NCBI GenBank assembly: GCA_965261135.1
Contig: OZ253443.1
Span: 2,597,677-2,661,676 of the forward strand
Direction: 5' to 3'
Length of the DNA stretch: 64,000 nt
From: Acidimicrobiia bacterium
Lineage (GTDB): Bacteria; Actinomycetota; Acidimicrobiia; Spongiisociales; ZC4RG35
Both the position numbers and the translations under genes were made by a program. The notes beneath the pieces were generated by a model that was not told where the DNA came from, did not search any database, and was given only the letters and a program-made list of their open reading frames with translations. Below are positions 32,965 through 42,668 of the stretch, piece after piece. The number at the start of each line of letters is the position of its first letter. Position 1 is the stretch's first letter.

Positions 32965-33382
32965 ACCTGTGTCGAGTCGCAGGCGTCTGGGTTTTGGGGG
33001 CTGAAAAGGGGGGTGAGGAGGCGGTTTGCGAGGCTAACCGGTTAGGACTGGGAAATCCAACCGACACAGCAAAGTGTAAGGGTGGCGGATGAGCCCACGG
33101 CAGAGCGGATCCGTCCCTATCATTTTGGGCCCGGATAGCCGTTCTGACCTGCCGGAAGACACTTGTAGGGACACAAGGGCCGAAATCATGTAGTGCGGGT
33201 TGACCTGCCAAAACAACTCGGGAGGATTCTGTGTCCGATTCTTCGCGATTTAGCCCTTTTTTTGCTAGAAACGTTCACTATCTGTTTCGCGAGCTGTTGC
33301 GTTTTTGCATAGTACGATCCGATGCCTGATACAGAGCACCCGCATGGGACCCGTGAGGTTTGAACCAACCCGTCGGTAAATG

Positions 33383-33505
33383 TCAGGGGGACGGCGGCTT
33401 CAGTTGCAGTGGGAGACCGGCCACCATCAGCCATACCCTGTCAGCGCGGGAAGCGATGAGGTGATTCGCCCGCCCTGGCGTATCGCGAAATGCTCGTCCC
33501 AGGTC
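33383..33505 (-). pseudogene. cobU: C-terminal relic of adenosylcobinamide kinase/guanylyltransferase (CobU/CobP)
   Basis: [36 protein letters not shown] resembles the conserved CobU C-terminus; the rest of the gene is absent. Confidence 0.65.
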
Positions 33506-33511
33506 TTTATC

Positions 33512-33540
33512 TTGACTTCTGAACGCCTTTGCTATAGCCT
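33512..33540 (+). promoter_or_regulatory. Housekeeping-sigma promoter of the rpmH operon
   Basis: TTGACT-17 nt-TAGCCT. Confidence 0.6.
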
Positions 33541-33576
33541 TGGGAGTCCTCCCCGACGATCTTCGCAGGTGCGTAA

Positions 33577-33711
33577 ATGAAAAGGACCTACCAACCAAAG
33601 GTTCGCCGTCGTAAGCGACGGCACGGATTCCGCCACCGGATGCGCACCCGCGCCGGACGGGCGGTTATCCAATCCCGGAGACAAAAAGGCCGCAAGCGGC
33701 TGGCTGTCTGA
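33577..33711 (+). CDS. rpmH: 50S ribosomal protein L34 (44 aa; absent from the ORF track)
   Basis: [44 protein letters not shown]. Confidence 0.97.
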   Translation: MKRTYQPKVRRRKRRHGFRHRMRTRAGRAVIQSRRQKGRKRLAV

Positions 33712-34037
33712 AGATAGACCCGCTTTACGAACCGCTGCGAACTTCTAGGCACTTTCGTTTGGTATTCTCGCGAGGCAAGCAATGTCGGGTGGGCGGCGTG
33801 ACGGTCGTCTCGGCGCCAGGTACCACAGGTTGCATCAGTGTAGGCCTGGTAGCAGGTCGCCGGGTTGGAACGGCTGTTATCCGCAATCGCGCAAAGCGGC
33901 GTTTACGCGCTGCTTTGGTGCAAGTCGGCCCGGTGGCGGGCCGCGATTATGTGATCGTGGCCACCCGGCAAGTGGCGGATGTCCCTTTCCGGACATTGGT
34001 GAAATGGCTAAAAGCCGCGCTGGGAAACGGTGATTGA
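33708..34037 (+). CDS. rnpA: Ribonuclease P protein component (start uncertain, possibly CTG 33708)
   Basis: [14 protein letters not shown]...[15 protein letters not shown] (RNR motif). Confidence 0.9.
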   Translation: MKIDPLYEPLRTSRHFRLVFSRGKQCRVGGVTVVSAPGTTGCISVGLVAGRRVGTAVIRNRAKRRLRAALVQVGPVAGRDYVIVATRQVADVPFRTLVKWLKAALGNGD

Positions 34038-34312
34038 AGATGAACGAACAACCTGAGCAGGCACTGGTCGGCCCGGCCGACAAGGCCTTGTTGAGAGTGC
34101 TGAAGCTCTATCAAGAGCTGATCAGTCCGGCCTTCGGGTGCCGTTGCCGGTACCTGCCCACCTGCTCGGCTTACGCTAAGACGGCCATCGAGAGATTTGG
34201 CGCCTGGAAGGGAGCGATTCTGACAGGTCGTCGGCTGTTGCGTTGTCAGCCCTTTGGATCAAGCGGTTTTGATCCGGTTCCTGCCTCGAAGTTTGGAGCG
34301 GAACCGTGCTAG
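34034..34312 (+). CDS. yidD: Membrane protein insertion efficiency factor
   Basis: YQELISP...CRYLPTCSAYA...RCQPF...GFDPVP. Confidence 0.93.
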   Translation: MKMNEQPEQALVGPADKALLRVLKLYQELISPAFGCRCRYLPTCSAYAKTAIERFGAWKGAILTGRRLLRCQPFGSSGFDPVPASKFGAEPC

Positions 34313-35172
34313 ATCCGTGGTGGACTTTGTGGGACTGGATCAAAGAGGGGCTGGGCTGGTCTTTTGCTGTCTCATATGACCTGATCCCCAGCTTTGGGAT
34401 AGCAATCATTCTGGTGACGATCGTGATAAACAGCCTGCTGTTTCCGCTAACCGTGAAACAGACCCGAGCCAGTCGGGCGATGATGGTCATCCAGCCCGAA
34501 CTGCAGCGCATTCGGCGGGATTACAAGGACCAACGCGAGGAAATGCAGCGTCGCATGACGGAGTTGCAACGGGAGCACGGGGCGTCACCCCTGGGTTGCC
34601 TTGGCCCACTACTGGTCCAGTCACCTGTCTTGTTCGCCATGTTCCGGGTCTTGAACGATCCAACCGGCCTGATTAATGACCTTTCCCCGGTTCCGCCCGG
34701 GAGCGCCCTTTGGGAAGCCATCCGGGCCGAGGAGGCGGTTTTCGTCGGAATGGACCTGGCGTCGAGTCCCTCGCAGGTGATCAGCACGGGACTGACGGTC
34801 GCGCTCCCTTATTTGGCGACCATGATCACCATGATCACCATTCAATACATCCAGCAGTGGTACACACAGCGTGATCAGACGGCTGTGGCAGGAGACCGCC
34901 AGAAGCGGCAGATGCAGATGTTTACTCGTATCATGCCGCTCTTTTTGGGGTTCATCTCATGGAACTTTCCCGCCGGGCTGCTGCTGTACTGGACGACATC
35001 CAACATGGTCCGCCTGGGCCAGCAAATCGCCATCAACTGGATGGACGGACGGCCGGAGCCGCCATCCCCGCTGGGCGTGGAGGACAAGTCGGATGATGGG
35101 GGTTCCCAATCCGTCTCTCCACCACATTCCCATGCAGCTAAGAAATCGAGGAGGAGGAACAGGAGGAACTAA
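34306..35172 (+). CDS. yidC: Membrane protein insertase YidC
   Basis: GIAIILVT...LFPL, GCLGPLLVQ, FPAGLLLYW. Confidence 0.93.
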   Translation: MLDPWWTLWDWIKEGLGWSFAVSYDLIPSFGIAIILVTIVINSLLFPLTVKQTRASRAMMVIQPELQRIRRDYKDQREEMQRRMTELQREHGASPLGCLGPLLVQSPVLFAMFRVLNDPTGLINDLSPVPPGSALWEAIRAEEAVFVGMDLASSPSQVISTGLTVALPYLATMITMITIQYIQQWYTQRDQTAVAGDRQKRQMQMFTRIMPLFLGFISWNFPAGLLLYWTTSNMVRLGQQIAINWMDGRPEPPSPLGVEDKSDDGGSQSVSPPHSHAAKKSRRRNRRN

Positions 35173-35174
35173 TA

Positions 35175-36026
35175 ATGGAGTTAGTAGAAGTACGCGCCCG
35201 AACCCTGGAGTTGGCCGAGCAGGCCGCCTTGGAAGAAATGGGCCTCAAGGACCGCGATCTCGTGGAATGGGAGGTATTGCAAGAGCCGACCCGGGGATTT
35301 CTGGGAGTTGGCCGACAGGACGCCATCGTGCGGGCCAAGCGCAAGCCGGCGAAGCGTCGCCGAAGTCGAGGAGGCCGAGGCGCCAAGGGGTCTGTGGCCC
35401 GGAGCGCCAAAGGAAAAACGGGCCGCGAGCAGGGCAGCCGCCCCAAAAGACAAAAGGAGGCTCGGCCAGCCGATGGACGAGGTTCCGAGGGCCGGTCAGG
35501 CAAAAGGGCGCCGGCGGGGCGCGGGCAACCTCCCAGGAAAAACGCTTCTTCCTCCCCGGTGGAACAGGCTGAGGTCGCCAAGAGCTTTGTGGTCGGCCTT
35601 TTGGGGGCGGTGGATATGGAAGGAGAAGTCGAGACGAGGCTGGATGACGACCTGGTTACGGTGGAGATCAAGGGCGAAGAGACCGAAGTGTTGGTGGGAC
35701 CGCGGGGAAGCGGAATCGAAGCTCTGCACACCATCGCCAAGTCGGTTATCAAGCGCAAGACGGAAGGGGGGGCCCGGCTCCGGGTGGACATCGCCGGCTA
35801 TGGGACACGCCGCCGCGAGGCGCTGGCGATCTATGCCACCGGCCTGATAGAGCAGGTGGCTTCCGAAGGCGGCGAACTGATGCTCGAGCCGATGAATGCC
35901 GCCGACCGCAAGGTCATCCATGATACGGTTGCCAAGCACGATAATATGACATCCTTTTCAGAAGGCGAAGCTCCACAACGCTATGTAGTGATAGCTTACG
36001 TTGCGGCAGATCCCGATGAAGAGTAG
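35175..36026 (+). CDS. jag: Jag/EloR KH-R3H RNA-binding protein
   Basis: N-terminal Jag domain (GFLGVG), KH domain, R3H PMNAADRKVIH. Confidence 0.92.
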   Translation: MELVEVRARTLELAEQAALEEMGLKDRDLVEWEVLQEPTRGFLGVGRQDAIVRAKRKPAKRRRSRGGRGAKGSVARSAKGKTGREQGSRPKRQKEARPADGRGSEGRSGKRAPAGRGQPPRKNASSSPVEQAEVAKSFVVGLLGAVDMEGEVETRLDDDLVTVEIKGEETEVLVGPRGSGIEALHTIAKSVIKRKTEGGARLRVDIAGYGTRRREALAIYATGLIEQVASEGGELMLEPMNAADRKVIHDTVAKHDNMTSFSEGEAPQRYVVIAYVAADPDEE

Positions 36027-36064
36027 CCCGTTGCCAGCCAGGGGAGGGGATTGATCGAGATCGG

Positions 36065-36916
36065 CTAGCGGGTGTTTAGCTTGGCGAAGACTCGCTGCAG
36101 ATCGTCGATCGAGTTGAACCCGACCTTCACGCTGCCCTTGTGATTGCGATAGCTGATTGAGACGGGCAGACCCAACTGGTCGGAGAGCCGGGTCTCCAAC
36201 TCCACAATCTGCGCCGGCCGGGCACCCTTGGTTGAGCGCGGGGCCCTTCTGCGAGGCGCCCGGGCACTGACCGCCTCCTCGACTTGACGCACCGTCCACC
36301 CTTCCGCCACTGCCCGCTTGGCAATATGGGTGGCATATTTGGGATCGGAGACGGCCAAGAGCGCCCGGGCATGCCCTGCGGTCAACTGGGCAGTCTCCAA
36401 CAACTCGAGAATGGGAGGGGGAAGGCGAAGCAGCCGGATGCTGTTGGCCACGGTTGCCCGTCCCTTTCCCACCCGATGGGCCACTTCCTGTTGGGTCAGC
36501 CCGTGCTGGTCGATTAGATTCCGATAGGCGGAGGCCTCTTCGAGCGGAGTCAAGTCCTCGCGTTGCAGGTTCTCGATGAGCGCCTGGGTAAGGGAGCCGG
36601 TCTCGTCTGCGTGGCGGAGCATGGCGGGGATAATTTCAAGTCCTGCCAGTTGAGCGGCCCGCCAGCGGCGTTCTCCGGAAATGAGGGTATAGCCGTCCGC
36701 CGTCTCTTGAACCACCACCGGCTGCAGCAATCCGACCTCTACGATGGATCGGGCCAGGCCGCGCAGCGTTTTATCGTCATAACGGGATCGGGGCTGGGAG
36801 GGATTGGGCCGGATTTGGTTGACGGGGATTTCCCGATAAGGCAACCCTGACGGTGGCCCGCCGGTGGGGATGAGGGTGCTCAAACCCCGGCCGAGTCCTC
36901 CTCTACGGCTGGTCAT
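36065..36916 (-). CDS. parB: Chromosome partitioning protein ParB
   Basis: GLGRGL, NPSQPR, GERRWRA, ENLQREDL. Confidence 0.96.
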   Translation of the reverse strand: MTSRRGGLGRGLSTLIPTGGPPSGLPYREIPVNQIRPNPSQPRSRYDDKTLRGLARSIVEVGLLQPVVVQETADGYTLISGERRWRAAQLAGLEIIPAMLRHADETGSLTQALIENLQREDLTPLEEASAYRNLIDQHGLTQQEVAHRVGKGRATVANSIRLLRLPPPILELLETAQLTAGHARALLAVSDPKYATHIAKRAVAEGWTVRQVEEAVSARAPRRRAPRSTKGARPAQIVELETRLSDQLGLPVSISYRNHKGSVKVGFNSIDDLQRVFAKLNTR

Positions 36917-37701
36917 AGATTGGTTGCCCCCTTTGCTTGCAGACGATCACGAAGCTCTTCGGCCAGCCTCCGATAGGCGATCGCCCCCCGGTTCATATGA
37001 TCGAAGACATCAATGGGCTCCCCATAGGAGGCCGCCTCGGCGAGCCGGACTCTCCGGGGAATGTAGCTGCGGAAAACTTTGTCTCCGAAGTGCTCTTTTA
37101 CCTGTGCGGACACCTCTCTGGAGAGGCGTGTTCTGCTTTCTAGCATGGTTAGAAGCACTCCAAGCAGTTCCAGGGAGGGATTGAGAGCAGAGCGAACCAT
37201 TTCTATGGTGCGACTCAACTCCACTAGCCCGTCTAAGGCGTACTGTTCACACTGCATTGGAATCAGCACGTAACGGGCCGCGGCGAGTGCATTCACGGTA
37301 AGAAGACCCAAGGAAGGGGGACAGTCGATCAAGATATAGGAGTACTGGTTGTCGAGTACTTTCAAAGAATGGCGCAATATCTGCTCACGGGCCATCATGG
37401 ATACCAGTTCTATGTTGGCGTCCACGAGATGGCGGGTGGACGGCAGCAGAAATAGGTTTCTTACCGCGGTGGGCTCTATCGCATCCTCAATATGCGCGTT
37501 TTTGAGCAGCACGTCATAGATCGAGACTCCTACCTCTTCATGGTTGAAGCCCAGCCCGGAGGTGGCGTTGGCTTGCGGGTCCAGATCCAGTACCAGCACC
37601 GATTCGCCCAAACCTGCCAGAGCGGCGCCCAGGTTTACGGAGGTGGTGGTTTTGCCTACTCCACCCTTTTGGTTGGTGACGGCGATAAACGCGGAGGTCA
37701 T
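36913..37701 (-). CDS. parA: Chromosome partitioning ATPase ParA/Soj
   Basis: NQKGGVGKTT, DLDPQAN, DCPPSLG. Confidence 0.96.
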   Translation of the reverse strand: MTSAFIAVTNQKGGVGKTTTSVNLGAALAGLGESVLVLDLDPQANATSGLGFNHEEVGVSIYDVLLKNAHIEDAIEPTAVRNLFLLPSTRHLVDANIELVSMMAREQILRHSLKVLDNQYSYILIDCPPSLGLLTVNALAAARYVLIPMQCEQYALDGLVELSRTIEMVRSALNPSLELLGVLLTMLESRTRLSREVSAQVKEHFGDKVFRSYIPRRVRLAEAASYGEPIDVFDHMNRGAIAYRRLAEELRDRLQAKGATNL

Positions 37702-38318
37702 GTCTCACCAATGATAAGGAGCCACGCTGGATTACCAAGGATATTTGCCGGCACATGGCAGGTGCGGAAGCCCGGGAATACGGGTAGAGAGCGGTGTGAG
37801 CCGCCAATTACGGCTACGCCAGTGGGGGATAGCAGCCGCTCCAGGTCCTTGCGCAGCCTGTTGGGAGGAGCCACCGCCCGACAAACGAGCAGTTCGGCGG
37901 GAAGTCTCCATTCTCGCAACTGGGTTGTGGTAACAGCCACGTTATTTAGACTCAACAAACGAACCGCCCGCCGGGCCAGGTCGGCTCGGCGGACCGACCT
38001 TTCCAGCAATGTGACTTCACTAGAAGGCCAAGCGATAGCCAGCGGCAGGCCGGGAAGGCCAACGCCGGCGCCTATGTCCAGGATAGTTCTGGGCGGGCGG
38101 AGAGGACAGCGCCATGCCGAGGCAAACAGGAGGGAATCGGCGAGATGTCGAGAATACACCACCGGTTCCTCGCCAGAACCAAGCCCTCCCGCCGGAATGG
38201 CCTCCATAACCAGCCAATCCGCAAGTTGGCGGAGAAGATCGAGTTGTCGGGGGTCGAGAACCAGCCCTGCCCAGCGAGCAGCCCTTCGCACCCGCTCCAT
38301 TCCGGTGGGTTCGGTCAT
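37698..38318 (-). CDS. rsmG: 16S rRNA m7G527 methyltransferase
   Basis: RHLADSL, LDIGAGVGLPG, RAVA; start set at ATG 38318. Confidence 0.88.
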   Translation of the reverse strand: MTEPTGMERVRRAARWAGLVLDPRQLDLLRQLADWLVMEAIPAGGLGSGEEPVVYSRHLADSLLFASAWRCPLRPPRTILDIGAGVGLPGLPLAIAWPSSEVTLLERSVRRADLARRAVRLLSLNNVAVTTTQLREWRLPAELLVCRAVAPPNRLRKDLERLLSPTGVAVIGGSHRSLPVFPGFRTCHVPANILGNPAWLLIIGET

Positions 38319-38327
38319 AACGGGAGG

Positions 38328-38343
38328 AGTTTCACGTGAAACA
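38328..38343. promoter_or_regulatory. parS centromere-like site 1
   Basis: aGTTTCACGTGAAACa palindrome. Confidence 0.93.
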
Positions 38344-38377
38344 TCGAAGACCACCCGGCTCGGCGGGGCGTGGACCC

Positions 38378-38393
38378 TGTTCCACGTGAAACA
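38378..38393. promoter_or_regulatory. parS centromere-like site 2
   Basis: TGTTCCACGTGAAACA. Confidence 0.9.
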
Positions 38394-38503
38394 TGCCCCA
38401 GAGGGGGTAGGGAAGGGACGGAGCATTTCGGAAAACTACACCTTTGTAACTTAAGCCCACCGTTTGGATTGTACCTGCTGGCCGCCGGTGCGGTCCGCCA
38501 ACT

Positions 38504-39469
38504 TCAGGTAATCGAAGTCTGGAAGAAGAGCTTGAGGCCCAACACTGCCGCCTCCCCCGTGGCGGCGCCCAGGTCAGGAACGGCGACCACCACCGCCGGC
38601 GATCGAGTGTCTTTCAACATTGCCGTGGCTTGACCTTCCATATCCAGCGCCATTGCCTTCGCCAGGCAGGAAGCGATTAGCTTTCCTGCCAGGCTGTGGC
38701 TCTGGGGGGTGGCGAAGTACCCGACCACCCCGGTCGGGCGGTCCGACAACTGAAAAGAGATGATCAGGTCCGCTCCCATGCGATTCGCTCGTCGCGCTCG
38801 CACTCGTTCAGGAAAAGTGTTGTCAACTCCCCGGGACAAGATGGGTGTGCCGCCCCCCTGTTGAAGGGCTATCGAGGCCGCCGTGGCCGCTTCCCAACTG
38901 ACTGAAGCCTCTTCGTGGGTCCGGCAGGCCGGATCGAAGTAGATGCGGGCCCCCACCAGGGTGGCGGGTCGGGAGCGCAGCCATTCCCGCTCCCGAAGGG
39001 TTGCCCGACCCGACCGCATCTCCCCCCGGGCCACGAGGCGCAATTCGGTAATGACCTCCGGCCCGGAGACGCCATCGACCGCCAAACCCCGGTTGAGCTG
39101 GAAGTCCCGAAGGCCGCGCTCGGTCTGGGGACCGAAAATTCCATCAGGTTTGCCGGTGTCGAACCCCAGAGCGTCGAGGCGGCTTTGCAGTTCGGCTACA
39201 TCATCTCCGCGCAGCATGGGCCGCCGCAAAAAGAGCAGGCGGTCGCCGAGCCGATATCCGGCTTCGTACAGGGCCCTCCAACTTTCTTGTCCGACCACAC
39301 CGCTGCTCGGCAGTCCTCTTTCTTTCTGGAAAGCCCGCACCGCCGCCAAAGTCCCTCTTCCGAACTCTCCCGGCCGGTCGCGGTCACAAGTGTGGCCGAG
39401 CGCGGAGAGACGTTCTTGGATTTCTCTCACGCCCTCTCCGGAACTGCCTTGTTGATAACGCCGCATCAA
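38504..39469 (-). CDS. CwlM-like peptidoglycan-binding / amidase_3 protein
   Basis: Two PG-binding repeats (AVRAFQ, DGIFGPQT...FQ); degenerate amidase domain; canonical position after trxA. Confidence 0.82.
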   Translation of the reverse strand: MMRRYQQGSSGEGVREIQERLSALGHTCDRDRPGEFGRGTLAAVRAFQKERGLPSSGVVGQESWRALYEAGYRLGDRLLFLRRPMLRGDDVAELQSRLDALGFDTGKPDGIFGPQTERGLRDFQLNRGLAVDGVSGPEVITELRLVARGEMRSGRATLREREWLRSRPATLVGARIYFDPACRTHEEASVSWEAATAASIALQQGGGTPILSRGVDNTFPERVRARRANRMGADLIISFQLSDRPTGVVGYFATPQSHSLAGKLIASCLAKAMALDMEGQATAMLKDTRSPAVVVAVPDLGAATGEAAVLGLKLFFQTSIT

Positions 39470-39555
39470 TACCTGGTGCTTGTCAGAAAACCGACTTTCT
39501 TCCGATCAGGATAGAGCAGAGTCGCTGAGGTGCGCGGCAGCCTCGGAGCGATAGG

Positions 39556-39879
39556 TCAGAGGTGCTTCTGGATGTTCTTATACAGCCACTCTTTGGGGCG
39601 TGCGCCCACAATACGCTGGACTTCCTCACCGTTCTTGAACAGAATCAGGGTGGGGATACTCATCACGCCGTAGCTGGCGGGCGATTGGGGGTTCTCGTCG
39701 ATGTTCAATTTGGCGACAGTCAGCCGGTCGGGATGCTCGGTGGCCAGGGCCTCGAGATGGGGAGCGACCAGCCGGCAGGGTCCGCACCACTCGGCCCAGA
39801 AGTCGACCAGCACCGGTTGGCCGCCCGAGATGATGTCCTGGAAATTCTGGTCGGTGATAGTAAGCAGGTTTTCCGCCAT
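39556..39879 (-). CDS. trxA: Thioredoxin
   Basis: WAEWCGPC. Confidence 0.96.
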   Translation of the reverse strand: MAENLLTITDQNFQDIISGGQPVLVDFWAEWCGPCRLVAPHLEALATEHPDRLTVAKLNIDENPQSPASYGVMSIPTLILFKNGEEVQRIVGARPKEWLYKNIQKHL

Positions 39880-39910
39880 CGGTTGTTGATTCCTTTCTTG
39901 ACCGGGCCGA

Positions 39911-40846
39911 CTACAGCCCGAGAGTATTTTGAAGGTAGTGATCCGCGTCCAGAGCGGCTTGGCATCCCGTTCCCGCCGCCGTTACGGCCTGACGATAGAT
40001 CGGATCGGCGACATCTCCGGCGGCGAACACTCCCGGCACAGAAGTGGCCGTGTGGCCCGGGTTCGGGACAGTTACATAGCCGCGTTCATCCAATGTTACC
40101 CAGTCTGTGAACAGCTCCGTATTGGGCCGATGGCCGATCGCCACGAATACCCCGTTGAGGGGCTGGTGTCTGGTTTCGTCGGTGATGGTGTCGACCAGGG
40201 TGACTCCGCTCACCTGGTGCTCGCCGTGTATCTCTTGGACCACGGTGTTCCATTCCACTGCGATCTTCGGGTTGTGTATGGCGCGGCGGGTCATTATGGC
40301 CGAGGCGCGGAAGGTGTCCCTCCGGTGGGCAATAGTCACCGAGGAAGCGAATTTGGTGAGGAAGAGGGACTCTTCCATAGCCGAGTCGCCTCCTCCCACC
40401 ACCAACAGGTCCTTGTCCTTGAAAAAGAACCCGTCACAGGTGGCGCAGGCCGAGACGCCCCGGCCGGTAAGCCGCTCCTCGCCGGGGACCCCCAGCCACT
40501 TGGCGCTGGCGCCGGTGGCGATGATCACGGTATGGGAGAGGTGGACCGCGCCGTTGGCTGTTACCCGCAGCGGGGTGGAGGAGAAGTCCACCTCGGTGGC
40601 ATCCTCGGTGAGAAGTTGGGCGCCGAAGCGTTCCGCTTGCGCACGGAACTTCTCCATGATTTCAGGACCTAGGACTCCTTCGGGAAAGCCTGGATAGTTT
40701 TCCACGTCGGTGGTGATCATCAACTGGCCTCCGGGGGAACTGCCCTCCAGCACCAACGGGGCCAACTCGGAGCGGGCGGCATACAGCGCGGCGGTGTAGC
40801 CGGCCGGCCCTCCGCCGATAATCAATACCTTGTGAATTTCGTTCAT
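39911..40846 (-). CDS. trxB: Thioredoxin-disulfide reductase
   Basis: GGGPAG, CATCDG, GGGDSA, FAAGDV. Confidence 0.96.
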   Translation of the reverse strand: MNEIHKVLIIGGGPAGYTAALYAARSELAPLVLEGSSPGGQLMITTDVENYPGFPEGVLGPEIMEKFRAQAERFGAQLLTEDATEVDFSSTPLRVTANGAVHLSHTVIIATGASAKWLGVPGEERLTGRGVSACATCDGFFFKDKDLLVVGGGDSAMEESLFLTKFASSVTIAHRRDTFRASAIMTRRAIHNPKIAVEWNTVVQEIHGEHQVSGVTLVDTITDETRHQPLNGVFVAIGHRPNTELFTDWVTLDERGYVTVPNPGHTATSVPGVFAAGDVADPIYRQAVTAAGTGCQAALDADHYLQNTLGL

Positions 40847-41136
40847 TTGCGACCTCGAAGACTTGTCGACCCCCCGTTCCATATAAACAACCCGGCGACC
40901 AGGAATAGTCCCCCGAGGATTGCCAGGGAACCGGCCGGCCCCACCCCGATCGACAGCGCCCGATGGGCGGTGATCAATAAAAAAACCAGACCGATAGCGC
41001 CAATCACGGCCGCTGTGAATAAGAACATAGCGGTTCGGATCCAGCCCTCGATCCGGTCGGCGGTCATGGCTCGCACCTGCATGGCCGCCGACTCCAGAGC
41101 GTCGGCAAATCGGGCAGGCAGGTCTTCTAATTGCAT
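40843..41136 (-). CDS. Small membrane protein
   Basis: Two hydrophobic helices; stop overlaps trxB start. Confidence 0.55.
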   Translation of the reverse strand: MQLEDLPARFADALESAAMQVRAMTADRIEGWIRTAMFLFTAAVIGAIGLVFLLITAHRALSIGVGPAGSLAILGGLFLVAGLFIWNGGSTSLRGRK

Positions 41137-41243
41137 AACGCGGAAAAGGCTAGCGCATTCTGCCGCCTGGCCGTATGCGTTCCGACCAAATATGGCCATC
41201 TGGACCATCGCTATATATCATTATACTATGTTGCTATGGCTAA

Positions 41244-42599
41244 TCATCTCCAGAATCGGACCTCGGCGATGGAAGTCGAATAGTTTTCTGGTCCCACATA
41301 GGGCAACTCGGTGAACCAGATCAGCCAGGCGCCGTCTGGTCGGTGTGGCAAGGTGAGGAAGAAAGCCCCGGAAGTGGTCTTTCCGCCGGCCACCGGGGTC
41401 CATTCCTCCAGGGAGGCGGTGGGCGTCTCCGCCCAGGACAAGGTGTAGACGGTTCCCGGGGTGATACCCCAAAGCTCTAGCCGTCGGGCGCCGGAGGCAG
41501 GTGTCATCACCAGTCCCACCCCGGCTTTGATCAGCGATAGCGGGTCGTAGTAACGCTCGGTTCGCCAGGTGCTGTCACGGTCCCCGTCAACCAAAAACCC
41601 CAGGCGGTGGTCCATCTCCCCGCCGCCTCCATAGGGGTCGAGGGTAAAGACAACCGGGACATCCAGCAGTTCGGGCGCCGCCGCGGCAAGCACCGGGGCG
41701 GGAGAAGCAACCGGCTCGGGGGAGGGGAGGGTGGTGGTGGGCGAAGCGACAGTGGAGGTGGGCGCCTGCGGGGTGGTTGTCTGAGAAGTTGTGGACTCGA
41801 GGGCGGGAGGGGTAGACGCGGACCCGGCGGACAACAAAGTCCCCATGCCCACCAGCCCAACCGCCGTCACTATCAAGGCCGCGGTCAGCCACAGCCCGAC
41901 GCGGGAGCCGACGGACCCTTGGGTGGAGGAGAGAGGGATGGCCGGGGCCGCCGCGAGCCGGGCCGCCAACTCTGAAGAGGTTAATTCTCCGGCAGCGGCA
42001 TCGGCGAGGATGTGATCGATCGCGGGGGAGATCCCGTCCACCAACTCGGAGAGAGGCAAACCTTGAGAGGGTCTGCCGATGGCCCATTGCTCCAGAGCGT
42101 CCACCAGCTGCACCACGTCGGTGGCGAAGGTGCTTTCCTCGACGGGTGGTCCCACTCCTCCCAGCTTGGCCGGGTGATCCAGGGAGTAATAGATCGTGTT
42201 GGGGCTGATGCGGGCATGAACAACGCCGGCCTCGTGCAAGACGGACAGCGCATCGGCCAACCCGGCGGCGTTGGGTTGGAACTCGGCGGCGCTCGGTTTG
42301 GCGCCGGCCCCCAGCCGGTGATAAAGGGCTGTCCCTCCAGTCCATTCGTATGCGGCGAAAACTCCACCGGTAACCCGTCCGGCGTCAAAAACCGAGAGCA
42401 GGTTGGGATGGGCCGTCACGGTCGACCGTCGCACCGCCTCCAGGTACTCCGCCCGCAGGGGAGGAGTCGTTTCGGGCCCGAGCACCCGCAGTTGCACCGG
42501 CCGGTCCAGCACCGTGTCGGTGGCCAGCCACTCTTCGACGCCTTCGGTTCTGCCCAGGCGAACCTCGAGGCGATAACGGTCGGGGAGGGGAGGCGGCAT
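41244..42599 (-). CDS. Membrane-anchored Ser/Thr kinase-like (pseudokinase) protein
   Basis: RYRL...ATDTVLDRPV...HPNLLSVFD kinase N-lobe; catalytic HRD and DFG degenerate; TM helix, T/P linker, extracellular domain. Confidence 0.72.
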   Translation of the reverse strand: MPPPLPDRYRLEVRLGRTEGVEEWLATDTVLDRPVQLRVLGPETTPPLRAEYLEAVRRSTVTAHPNLLSVFDAGRVTGGVFAAYEWTGGTALYHRLGAGAKPSAAEFQPNAAGLADALSVLHEAGVVHARISPNTIYYSLDHPAKLGGVGPPVEESTFATDVVQLVDALEQWAIGRPSQGLPLSELVDGISPAIDHILADAAAGELTSSELAARLAAAPAIPLSSTQGSVGSRVGLWLTAALIVTAVGLVGMGTLLSAGSASTPPALESTTSQTTTPQAPTSTVASPTTTLPSPEPVASPAPVLAAAAPELLDVPVVFTLDPYGGGGEMDHRLGFLVDGDRDSTWRTERYYDPLSLIKAGVGLVMTPASGARRLELWGITPGTVYTLSWAETPTASLEEWTPVAGGKTTSGAFFLTLPHRPDGAWLIWFTELPYVGPENYSTSIAEVRFWR

Positions 42600-42668
42600 C
42601 GCTGGTTTGAAGAATATCCCCTCATTGATTCCCTAGGAGGGCGCGGCCACGCCAAACTATCCAATGGG

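Noticed and set aside
42012-42668. N-terminal extension of the HDAC ORF (556 aa)
   Set aside because: Overlaps the pseudokinase on the other strand; family similarity starts at ATG 42669
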